A stretch of 64,000 bases of DNA from Harriotta raleighana. Its lineage: Eukaryota. The notes below the pieces were generated by a model, which saw nothing but the letters and a program-made list of their open reading frames with translations, was not told the DNA's origin and did not search any database. The stretch covers positions 7,370,579-7,434,578 of the forward strand of contig JBNZDD010013718.1 in NCBI GenBank assembly GCA_050575255.1. Direction: 5' to 3'. Positions 52,416-63,300 of this stretch are shown here, in pieces (positions within the stretch are counted from its first letter, which is position 1; every line of letters starts with the position of its first letter). The position numbers and the translations under genes are program-made.

Positions 52416-54919
52416 AAAAATGCCATGATAGATAAAAGTTAATGATATAGCTGCTGCAAGGATAACATTAGATTATACAAAGCAGAGCATGACATATTCC
52501 TCCACAGGACTCTATGTTATGTACAGCAGGTCAGTCTGGCGTCATTGTGGCTTCGAGCCCATGTCAGCAAGTTTGTCAACAAATAGGTTTCTCATTACTG
52601 TCAAGAAGGGCTTGAACTTCATTTGGAACAAATCATAAATGATTCTTTGTACAATTTGCATACTTTATTTGCAGAACTTCATTCGCACCTCCCACTCCCT
52701 CACCTCCCCACACATCCCAACATACCCTCCAGCAAACACCACTGGATGAATATTGCATATCGGAAGTTGAATGAGAATTTTACAAGTTGAATATAGTACG
52801 ACAACGTAATCTGATATGCAGTATTTTTGAATAAGAAACCAGTGGAGTGAAATGGGGACACCTTCCAGGAACTACTGCAGGAGCTTTGCTCAACTTCCAG
52901 ACATAATTTTTTTTTAGGTCAACCGGATTTCTTTCAAGTTTCCTTAATTTGTGATTCTGTTAAGAGAAACCTCAATGTGCCAGGTAATGAGATTTTCCTC
53001 CTTCCCCCTTTTCCACCATTAATGCTCCTGCAGCACCATCGGTAATATAGTACAGTGCATTTCAGTCCATGTGTAACTCTCTAGCACCTTACACAACTGG
53101 GCCGTTCTCCATGTGTGCACCCATATAAGTAGACCTATCACAGCCAAAACAAACAAAACCTCTTTAAAAATAGAATCTAGAAATACCATTGGTAACTAGC
53201 TGTATATAGTTCCTCATCAAGCTATCAGCGAGGTGTGCAAATAAAAACCCAACACAAAGAGCAGTTGGGATTTTTAAATATTCATGACTTTAAAAATAGA
53301 TTTTTCTAATTATACTTTCTGATTTAATCGATTTGGTCTGTATAAGAAAAATCAATAGTAAGGCCCAACTACCAATATTTTATATGCTGATCATGCTTGC
53401 TCCCAATGAAGGCTGAGGTTTCCACCCCCAAGCAATTTTTGCTTAACAAAAGCTAAATGTTCAATGCAATAAATCACCCATTCTGGTTGTAACATAATCA
53501 GCACTGAATGAAAGTTCTGATCTTACTCTACACAAACAAGCACACTCAATTATTTACTCCAAACAAGCAAACACACAGTATTCATCACTATAGAGCAGAA
53601 CTAAATGTCTGAAGCCATCACAATACTGAGAAATCGTTCATTTATAGAAGGCCTGCTAATCCGTTCCCCAGTCACCTTGAGATTTAAAACCATACATCAT
53701 AACTCTATCCCCACCTCATCCCTCCTCCCAACCTCATCCTTCTTTCCCAGCAACCCCGAATTCCCAAAGGAGGTACCAATGCCATCACTCGCTTAGTACA
53801 CTTCCATTTTCCTCCACAGTTACCCTCCACTGACCTTTTATAGCTGTGATTTGAACACATTAATGCTTCGGGTCACAGTTTCCTTTGAGACACTCTGTAC
53901 ATCATCCTCCTCTTCTTTACAAGCACAGCTAATGAGCTGTTTCACAAAACACGTTAACACTGCCATTTAACAGTAAACTGTAATTTGGAACAAGGGAAAA
54001 CACCTCAGTTTGTCTTGGCCTTGCCTGACTCAAAGTCATGCTCCACTAATAATATCCCTCAGCCTCAACTGACAGCTGGGCTTTTGAAATCCTTCCTCAT
54101 ATCACAGACCTTCCTATATGATTCACAAATTAAATGTGCTGTACAAGACTATGAATAGCTTCCACTTCTATTAGTCCTATTTTGAGTTTATTTTCTATTT
54201 CTCCTACTCCCATTTCCAAATCAAATCCATCATAAAATGCAATACAAAAAATTAGCCAAAGAGTTCATTCCAAAGACATCCCAAAAAACTGGAGCCCCTC
54301 ACATTTAAGAGTCCAATATAGAGATGCTCAGAATATCTAACAGATAATTAATTTGGTTAAATGGATTTATGCGCTAAGTTACTGCAGCCATTTGGCAGCT
54401 ACTATAGATGCATTTTATTACGACTAAAATTTATAGTGACTCTCACCACTCAAGGCTATGTTTTAAAAGAAATAATTAGATTGTATTAATAAGATAATCA
54501 ATCAGTCTGCAAATCCATCTGGTAGCTGCCTCTTGCCTATCCAGTCTGCAGCCAGCTTCAGTTGTCGAGGTTACAATAAACACCCATTATATCCAACACC
54601 GTACAACTGCAATTGACAAGAACTCTAAAAAGATTATCTCCAATTAAGAAAGGAAAAAGCCTAAAAAGGTAGAATTGTTTCTGTCTTTGGACCTGAAATA
54701 GGCAGCTCTGCATGCCCTTTTTTCATGAGATTGCATCGTCTTCTACTCCAAATGTGAATATATATTCCTCCCACCTGTGCACCGGAGAGTGTGAGGCACC
54801 ATGTTTAATTTGCAATATCACAGTTCAAGACCAATGTCCTAATTTACAATTAAATTGGCCCAATTCACTTGCAGGCTGTAGAATTTGAAAGGGGATTGGA
54901 TATTGCGCAGAAGATCATA

Positions 54920-55173
54920 GATTTGCACAAAACAAAATCCCACAAGCAGGGGAATTGTTGTCCAGGACACGGGATAAACTCCTTTCTCTTTTCAAATAGT
55001 GCCAGGGATCTTTAACAAGTAGACAGGGACCTTGGTTTAACTTCTCATCTGAAGCACATCCCCTAGCACTGGATTGGAATATCAGCATAGTCCATATGGG
55101 TTCCAAGTCCTGATGTGGGGCTTGAACCCACGTCCCTCTGACTCAAAGGTGAAAGTCCCACCAACTGAACCAG
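54920..55173 (-). mobile_element. DeuSINE (SacSINE1-like): tRNA head plus Deu domain
   Basis: Reverse complement: tggttcagttggtggg..tgagtcagagggacgtgggttcaagcccc...cagatgagaagttaaaccaaggtccctgtc...ttaaagatccctggcactatttgaa...gtgtcctggacaac. Confidence 0.8.
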
Positions 55174-55876
55174 AAATTTCTAAACTTTAGTTGCTCTGGC
55201 AAGTTTATTAATTGGATTAAAAGTACGAATGTGAACTGTATTTGGCCCTCTGTCTTCCAGCAGAATTTACCGTGAGAAACGTTGCCAGAAATCAGATCAT
55301 ACCTCTGAATATTTGAATTACCTGTACTTCAAAGTGCTCTGCAAACAGGTTCAGCACTCACAGATCTGTTCCTCTGGGAATAATCTCAGAAGGAAACAAT
55401 AAAGCACTTTGCCCTTTTCCCCCTGAAGTTACTTTAGCTCAGCTTTATTTATAAAACAGAATTTTTGATAGAAGTTTCCAGGATTTCTTCCTCATTATTT
55501 TGCTCCCAACTTATCCATTTTTCATCTTCTGTCAATGTTCATTAGGTTCCTTGTAATTTTAGTAACATTTCTGAAGTAGGGAAGATTATATTCAATGGTT
55601 CACTAGTGCTTTCTCTTGTTAAGGTTTCTGCCATAATATCTGTACAGCTCAGACATCACAGATAAAATACTTTTTAACAAAAAACAAAGAAAAATAATAG
55701 GTTCACAAAATAACACAATGATACTTACAGATGGGGGAGAAATAAATAAGATTTGGGGCTCATCAAGATGAATTTATAAGCACAAAAGTTTTCTGAACAA
55801 TCATTTTCCATTTAGTTATTCCCAGATCAGTGTTGGTACATTCTAGATCCAATGTAATGCTACCATCATTCTATCC

Positions 55877-56413
55877 CAGTAGTTTTCAAACTGTGGGGCG
55901 TTCCTCCCCTGCTGTTATTGTTGTTATTACAGGTAAACCCCTATTAATGTTGCGACATGCGTTAATGCGTCGTTCGCCAGCGGGTGGAAAGGGGGCGCGA
56001 CGGCATTAGGATCTGAGAGTGAGCCGGCAGTGAGAGAGACTGGTAGCGAGAGAGACCGGTAGCGAGAGAGACCGGCAGCGAGAGAGTGGACCGGGCAGGC
56101 AGTCAGGGAGAAACTTTGCACTGAAAAGAAAGCTCTCACATCACACTAACAAATTAGGTGTTGTAAATTGTAAATATAAAGTACTGTAATTGGTTTCACA
56201 ATTTGAATAATTTTTTCTTTTTTTAAAAAATCTAATGTTTTTTGTTAATACTTAAAAAAAACTGATTAAAAACAAGTACAGAAAATATCGAATTTGCTGT
56301 TATCATTTGCAAAAATTATTCAACGTGAAAGAGCGGGTAGGGGGGGTGGAGTGGTAAAACGCAACTTTGCTGAGTTAGGGGGAGCGCTGCTATTTAAAGT
56401 TTGGAAGCCACTT
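55877..56413 (-). mobile_element. hAT-Charlie-type nonautonomous element (537 bp), same ends as the 50260 element
   Basis: Ends cagtagttttcaaactgtggggcg...aaagtttggaagccactt; TSD ttctatcc / ctctatcc (7/8); internal ~16-bp tandem gagagagaccggtagc about four times. Confidence 0.85.
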
Positions 56414-56699
56414 CTCTATCCCAATAATATGGCAGGTAGTTTTGATCTTGATATACAAGCTACCCAGGCTCTGCAGGCTGGAGATAAAATAATTGTAAAT
56501 CAACAGAGATTGTTAGAACTAATTTTACTGGGAGCCTGCAGGTGTCAGAAATAAAATATCTTCATGAGATTGTTCTGAACTGAATTTTATCCTACATCCC
56601 AGAGATGAAAAGTCATTGTTCCAACCTTCTGCATAACCAATTCCTTGGATTTTTAAAAAATATAAGTTTTGGCGCCACAGATCTACCCATGACACTTAC

Positions 56700-56879
56700 A
56701 TGAGTGTGAGGTAGAGGTTCAGGGCTCCTCATGGGTGTATGATCAGTTGATGAAAGATGTAGGCTGGCATCACTGGGCAACCTTTGGGTTGGTGCATGGC
56801 CCTGCACAGGAATGGAGGGTTGACTTTCTTCAGGAGGTTCAGAGTCAGTTTCCTCCACTGACTCATCCTGGGGATTGCC
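56700..56879 (-). CDS. CCDC33: CCDC33 coding exon 3, low-complexity linker (GNPQDESVEETDSEPPEESQPSIPVQ...SPEPLPHTH)
   Basis: Acceptor ttatcgttttag|, donor cat|gtaagt, 180 nt, phase 0 to 0, open P/S/E-rich frame that fits between the flanking exons. No recalled homology. Confidence 0.75.
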
Positions 56880-57507
56880 CTAAAACGATAACAACAGGTT
56901 AATATGAAAAAAAGTGCACATTTGATGATTTGCACTTTTGCACCAATAACTAAATATTACTGGTTTAAAGTGCATCAGATAAGTTTATTAAACCATTCCA
57001 TGTTAGATAAATCGTATTAAGGTAGAGAAGGGTTAATGTTGCATCCAATGTATGCGACGTCCTCCCGCCGTGAAAAATGCTATATAAATGTAATTTTGAT
57101 TGATATGCCTCCACTAAAGAGAAATGGCAACATAGAAATGGTCCGAAACTGATTGTTTCATTCCATCTAATTGGTCCAATATTCAAACAATATTCCCAAC
57201 ATCACATTTAACCCCATTCCTCTTCAAAAGCATAACTGTGTCCAATTCTCTCTTGCATCTGTCCACACTGTTGCCAAGCATATAGTCTCAATTCTTCTCT
57301 GATATCTCTTGTTAAGCAGAACATGTGAATATAACACACATTCTATATCATTCAATAGAAGGTTCTATATCATGTTGCATCTATTATTGTTATTTATTTG
57401 CGCACAGAACACACAATCACTTATTCTGCATTTTGCAGCTTATTCTGTGAAGCACCTTGGGACGTCCGCTATACCAAATGGAAGTAGTAGTATTATTATC
57501 AGTATAC

Positions 57508-57971
57508 CTTGGGGCTGGGTGAACGCAATGTTGGAGAAGTAATCAGTTGATGGGGTATCACCATTGGAGGTGGAGGTATCTCTAGCTGTGGCAGTGGAGC
57601 AGGCATTGCTGGTAGCCTTGGGTTTATGGGATGGTCTTCCTCCTCGATTACTGAGAGCAGTTTTGGATCGTGCTCTGCTCCAGCTTTAAGTGTCTGTGCT
57701 CGCACCTCGTGAAAGGACACTCTATAAGCCATCCTCCCACAATGCATGGCAAGCACATCCTTCTGTGCCCGCAGCAATGCCATCACATCACTGTAACAGT
57801 ATAGGTCCTCATTTCTCTTAGCAAAAACATTGATTCTCGGTGTGTTCGTGCGTGGGTAGATTGCAAAGAATGCTTCCCCCTCTTTCTTTTTATTTTTAGT
57901 GGATGTCCCAGTTAGTCGAAAGGCTTCAATTCGTAGTCGGACATCATGATTTTTATCATTTTGACAATAAC
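57508..57971 (-). CDS. CCDC33: CCDC33 coding exon 2 (GYCQNDKNHDVRLRIEAFRL...GEAFFAIYPRTNTPRIN...EDLYCYSDVMALLRA...HCGRMAYRVSFH + Pro-rich tail)
   Basis: Acceptor cctgttcacag|, donor ccaag|gtatac, 464 nt, phase 1 to 0, open frame. Matches recalled GFCKNDGQHD...GEAIFPIYPRP...EDLYRY...HCGSLAYSVAFH. Confidence 0.92.
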
Positions 57972-57992
57972 CTGTGAACAGGGGATAAAAAC

Positions 57993-58150
57993 AGTCAGCT
58001 TTGGCTCAATTGGTGGCATAAATGCCAATAAATGTTGTGGGTCCAAACACCACTCCGTGGGACTTTGTGCTCACAGATACTTCAGTCCAGGAATGCGGGG
58101 GATTGCATTGCGTTGGTGCATTCCTTGATATGAGACGTTAAACTAAGGTA
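57993..58150 (+). mobile_element. DeuSINE 5' part abutting the exon 2 acceptor
   Basis: gtcagctttggctcaattggtggca...tgtgggtccaaacaccactcc...gatatgagacgttaaactaaggt. Confidence 0.7.
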
Positions 58151-58925
58151 GGTAACTCTCTCCCTCTACCTCCCCCCAGAGTAGGGAGGAGGGGAGGGAG
58201 AGAGTTGGGAGGGCAGCATTAAATCTACATTAAATCTCCGTGAAGCCGACATTATCAGCATTATATCAAATACAAAGATAATCACTGCATCATTTTAAAA
58301 CAAAATAACTACAGGGCAATAGCTAGTGTAATGCTAGAAAATAAAAGCACCAGGAGCACTCTAGTCAGCCTAGACAGGGACAAAAACATATCCAATTCTG
58401 AAAGATCATATTTTTAAAATATAATTTAAATATGTTTGGAGCTTATTCTGAATGGAGGTATAAAGAAACAAAATGAAAATTCAATGATCTCTCATGGCAT
58501 GCAAAGCGCATTAATGTGAATTTTCTTTTGTGGAAGGAGCATGAAATGTAACTGCAGACATGAGCAGATTATATCACCAATATACACAATGAGCAAAATC
58601 TCTTTTCATGTGGAAATTCTCAAGTTCCAGCATCATTTACTATCATGTACCAACTTTGACTTTCAACAATGAGTTGCCAAAGGGATACCTTCTCCTCCCC
58701 CTTTACAGTGTTTTTTTTCAACATCATTGGATCAGCCCTGTGTAAACCTATATGTGGAGTGTAGTACAAGTGCCCCAAATAGAATATAATGAACCAATGT
58801 AAAATATTACAGAATCCCTTTCATTCCTTTTTTTTCCACATTGATCAATTACATAACGCGGGGCATTTGTGCTCAGTTAGCACAATCTACAAAATGTAAT
58901 CTTTAGTGCTTTTAAAACAGCTTAC

Positions 58926-58974
58926 CTGAGCTGGGGGGATGAGTGGGGGAGGTCTGGACTGTGAGCTGTCCCAT
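58926..58974 (-). CDS. CCDC33: Candidate alternative first coding exon (MGQLTVQTSPTHPPSS-G)
   Basis: caaATGG start context and consensus donor tcag|gtaagc in phase 1, in frame with exon 57971. No homology support. Confidence 0.3.
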
Positions 58975-59625
58975 TTGATATCTTACCACAGAATCAATCC
59001 CTCATAAAATGTACCAAAAATAGCCATAACAGAAGCCAGTGAATTCAAATCACTACAGGGAAGCCGTGCTTTGATTGAATGCTGCACATAACGCTCCTGA
59101 GTGAGGTCTACCAATGGTGAGGCATCCACTTTAAACATATCCAAGTTTGTCTTCAACAACAGCATTCACTTCAAATCAAAATGGGCTTTGGATTGTTTAT
59201 TTTCTCTGAAAGACCTAAATAATGCAAGATGTCACTCTAATAATGTGCCTTTTATAACACATCAGAAAAGCAAACCCTATTTGTACAGCCCTACCTGCGC
59301 TTAAATACATCTGTGGCCTTAGGATGTCCTCCCAATGTAAAATGCGCTAAACAAATGTAATTTCCTCAATAAATTGCCAATTAACACCAATCATTAAACC
59401 ATCAGTTCTCATTTCATTTACAATTAGAGAGAACTTACATCTATGATTCTGGCTTGATGTAGACCCAAGCCTCAGAAAATGTTCTGACACACTGTACCAT
59501 TCAAATTTTCAGATTCAAGCCTGAACCCACAATATTTACAGGTAAAGGCAACAGAAAGAAATCCAAAGCTTGGTTTGGTTTTGAACTCACATTCAGCAAC
59601 AAAGTGTTTATCACAAGATAATTAC

Positions 59626-59896
59626 CTTTTGGGAGACGGAAGACAAATTTCTTCTTGAGAAAGGAGTAGATTTCATTAAGATTGGTCTGTTCGATAATGT
59701 CTGTTGTCCCTGAGTTTGTGTACACCCCATCACCATCATTCACCCACAGCTGAACTCCTGTCCCTGAACCTTCAAGCAGAGGGTTTTCCACTGTGAGTCT
59801 CAAGCCGTATTTCCCCAGTTCGTTAAACTGTACATTGACGATTTCAAACTCAAAGTCTAATTCTTTCACTTCCATTTTTAATCCTGATCGATGCAT
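59626..59896 (-). CDS. CCDC33: CCDC33 coding exon 1 (MHRSGLKMEVKELDFEFEIVNVQFNELGKYGLRLTVENPLLEGSG...KKFVFRLPK-G), N-terminal C2-like domain
   Basis: Translation closely resembles the mammalian CCDC33 N-terminus as I recall it ([28 protein letters not shown]...KFIFTLPKG). Acceptors ttaacag| precede 59916 and 59903; ATG at 59896; donor aaag|gtaat after 59626 (phase 1). Confidence 0.92.
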
Positions 59897-60544
59897 TGTT
59901 TCGCTGTTAAGTCTCACTGTTAAGGATCAGTTTGATTAAATCGGAGCACCAGCCGTAACAAAGCCAAAGAAGGAAGAAAGGAAATGTTCAGCTAGAATAA
60001 GTTCAAGTTATGTTGTTTACTCTCTTCTCTGGTCCCAGTCTATAAATAGTCACAACTGATCCCTTGTTAAAATACAGCCATCTGAGAACTTGTAATGCAG
60101 ACAGGATCAGGTTACCTGCCTCTGAATATCTTATGTCCTGTCAGGGCAAAATTTCTAATAAATTTAAAAGATACCAGGCACTAAAGTCCAAACAGCACTG
60201 GCTATCTCATCTGTGAAGGAGCTTAGGAAAGCTCTGCAGATAACTGATTCAGTTTGTTGTAGTGAATCCAGGCAGCAACCATTAACCAATCAATGCACTG
60301 CATCAAGCAAACAAACTGCAATTCCAAGAGAATAGTTCATTCACCTTAGTATATCCAAGGTGACACGTTATTACAAACACCAAAGACTTTGGGTCTTTGT
60401 AAAATGCACCTCAAGCTAATTAAACCATTATGGAACTATTATTATCTGTGCCATGTGCACAGCATACATTCTGAAGCACTTTGAGATGTACGTGAAAGGT
60501 ATTCGATAAATGTAATTCTGTTCTTGTTGTTTGTTGGCGTGTCA

Positions 60545-60695
60545 ACGCGCTGCACAGAATATATTGTAAAGTGATTTGACTGTATATATGGGGCGAAACA
60601 TAGCAGCCAATTGCACACAGCAGTGTCCAACAAACAGTCATGGATTGAAATGACCAGTTTACTATTTTTTTGAGGGATTATTATTAGGCGTGTGG
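60545..60695 (-). mobile_element. tRNA-SINE central fragment next to an L2 tail (60475-60535, plus strand)
   Basis: cacagaatatattgtaaagtga...cagccaattgcacacagcagtgtcc...ggattattattaggcgtgtgg. Confidence 0.75.
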
Positions 60696-60879
60696 TGAAA
60701 GAAAAGGTGCAAAATCAAACGCAAGGATTATTATTATTTAAAATTAATATCCATCACTCTATATTTCTTCAAAAGGCACTATAAACTGAACAATTTCACT
60801 GTAGTCAATTAATTTCATTCATGATAGCAGTGTGTTGGACGATCACTATGAAAATAAGATGAACTACTGAAACAGAGTG

Positions 60880-61361
60880 GACCACTCCATCGTCTTCACC
60901 ATCTTTCCTATCACCTGAACCATCACTTCACCTCAACCTTCAAGGCTCTGTCCTTGAATGGTTCAGATCTTAGATCTCACACCGTCTCCAATTTGTTTTT
61001 GCCAATAGTTACTCTTCCAACCACCGCACAGTCTCATGCTCCTCGGGGCTCTGTCCTCGTGCTCCACAACATTGTCCGAATCTGACACTGCCTCACTCCT
61101 CAGGCCGGCGAAACTCTCATATATGCATTCGTCACCTCAAGACTCAACTATGGAATCTTCCCCCTTGTTAGCCTCCCCAAATCTTCCCTCCACAAGCTGT
61201 GGATCATCCAGAACTCTGCCTCACCAGGTTCCCTGACCCCATCAATCAAACTCTTGCCCAGCTCCATTAGCTCCCCATCCCGCATAGGATAGAATTAAAA
61301 ATCCTTGTCCACACTTCCAAGACCCTACTCGGCCTTGTTCCCTACTACCCTTTCAACCTGC
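60880..61361 (+). mobile_element. Degenerate L2 fragments
   Basis: gaccactccatc...ggctctgtccttgaatggttcagatc, catgcattcgtcacctcaagactc-like and ctccattagctccccatcccgcataggatagaattaaaaatcctt correspond to L2 RT motifs. Confidence 0.7.
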
Positions 61362-61656
61362 TAATAATAATCGTTGCATTTGATATAGCGCTTTTCACAT
61401 CTTCTTGACGTCTCAAAGCACCTCATGGAATATGCTCTAAAGTGAATTGACTGTATATATGTGGGCGAAACACAGCTTCCGATTGCATACAGCAGTGTCC
61501 CAGTCATGGATTGAAATAATCAATTTTTTTATATCTAGGGTTTATTATTAGGCATGTGGAGTAAGGAAATTTACCCAAGGTTTCGCACTGACTAGAATCG
61601 AACCCAGGTCTCTCGCTTGTAAGGCGAGTACTCTAACCACTGAGCTACAGGACTCC
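61362..61656 (-). mobile_element. tRNA-derived SINE, short subfamily, full length
   Basis: Reverse complement: ggagtcctgtagctcagtggttagagtactcgcc..gggttcgattc...aaaagcgctatatcaaatgcaacgattattatt. Confidence 0.9.
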
Positions 61657-61879
61657 ACAAATAGACCACCTTTGGCAAATTAATGGATTTATTACTAAAA
61701 TAAGACTAGTCAGACGGGAAATGTGTAGACAAGATACTGACAGCATGATGCCTAGCCTTAAGTGGTAGTGACAAGTTAAGTCAGGCTCGAGTTATCAATT
61801 TTCTGCATTAATTTACACAAATCCCTAAATATTCCCCCCAACCCCAACACTCACAAAAGAAACGCCTTAGTACGGGATT

Positions 61880-63300
61880 TACCATAATGGGTTCAGGTAC
61901 AAGAACCTCTTGAACATTCAAGAGGGACATCAATAGATCACAGCTAAAGTCGTCCTAGTAAGGTAGATTGTACATTGCTACAAGGCGACGGCCACCAATA
62001 AAGTGGGGTGTATGAAACGTCATGGGGTTGCTTTCAACTAGTCCGTCATTGCAGTGTTAAAATTAACCTTAACACTGCTCACGGCTTCATCCCATCACAA
62101 CCTGTCCAACCTGCTCCTTCTCTCCAGCCCAACCTGCCCTAAAATTGGCCGCCAAGCTTTCGGCTTCTCTGCAACACCCTTTTGGAACTCCATCCCGCAA
62201 TCCCTTTGCTTTGCTCACTCCCTTGCCTTCTTCAAGGCTTCAGACTGCCCTCTTACCTCTGCCCTCCCTCAGCTGCCTATTGGTTGGCGATACATAAAGC
62301 GCTTCATAGAAATGTCAATAGGTAGGAAAACGTAGGTGCAACACTCAGCAGCTGTTACACTTTTCGCTGCGAGGGACTTCCCCAACAAGTTGGACTAGGT
62401 CGCTTTAGTTTAGAAGTACATTTTCTTTCAATAAAAAAAAATCTCTCTTTAGTTAGAAGCAGAAGGAAGTCTGGTTGGATTTTCTTCTCTCCTCTTTGGA
62501 AACGTCCTTGAAACTGTCGGCTAAAGTTTAAGAGACAAATCCTCCACTGTCTCTATCGGGAATGAGAAGCGTTACAGAGGCAAGTCTCTAACTTCAGCTC
62601 CTGCAGTATTTTGAAGTTGTTTGTTGCTGGCGCTTCGGAAGATCACGGCGTGAGTTTGTGGTTAGTTTCTCTTGTTTATCGACATTGTTATGAAAAGAAT
62701 GCTCAGCCCTGAGGTTATGATTATAAATATGATTATATATATATTTAAAAAAGTACTTGCGGTGGATCGGATACAATGAATATGCAATACAGAGGATTAA
62801 ATCCATGTGTCAGCGAGTTAAGCAAACGTCGCGGGGTTTCTGACACTCCAGCATCCATGGCTGTGAGAAAATCAGGGAAAAAAAGATGAATCCAGAGTAG
62901 AAATACTCCGAACTCGGAATACAGTTCCAGACACTCTCCCTCGCCCAAACAGTATTCGACTGGGGATTATTATTTTTAGATGTGTAATGTTGACCTCTCC
63001 CTTCCCTCTCCCCCCGTTCTTTGGTGATTTTAAATAAAAGCTGCTGAACACATAAACGGCAATGCACTTCCGGGTTGGACACAGCTGAATATAGTCCATT
63101 TCTGATTTTTTTTTAAAAAACTTAAAGACGATTTCATTATTGTTTTTTCGGAAAACAAATGACTAAGCTCGCCCTTTCGTGCTACAGTTAAGAAAGAAAA
63201 ATGTGCTTTTGTTCAGAAAGATAATTGTTAGAAGCATCTGGAAGTGACTTGCCAAACAATCCAATGAGCAGTCGGTGTCTGGGCATATTCTCAGCTGTCC
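61880..63300. promoter_or_regulatory. Putative CCDC33 promoter / 5' region
   Basis: CpG visibly more frequent than elsewhere in the window. X-box-like GTCGCC-TTG-TAGCAAT (61974-61989, minus strand), CCAAT at 61995-61999, ATTGG near 62279, ETS core ACTTCCGG at 63066-63073. Lies 2-3 kb upstream of the first coding exon. Confidence 0.4.
62095..62265 (+). mobile_element. L2 3' fragment
   Basis: ggccgccaagctttcggcttctctgcaacacccttttggaactccatcccgcaatccct. Confidence 0.7.

Noticed and set aside
55322-55640. Coding-looking minus-strand stretch (MAETLTRESTSEP...) ending at cag|gtaatt
   Set aside because: Multiple in-frame stops and out of phase with exon 3.
56021-56095. Short repeated units that might suggest a CRISPR-like array
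   Set aside because: Head-to-tail ~16-bp minisatellite inside a hAT element, with no spacers or cas genes, in eukaryotic DNA.
62594-63099. Several 67-90 aa minus-strand ORFs in the CpG-richer region
   Set aside because: No recognisable protein features and no suitable donor linking them in frame to CCDC33.
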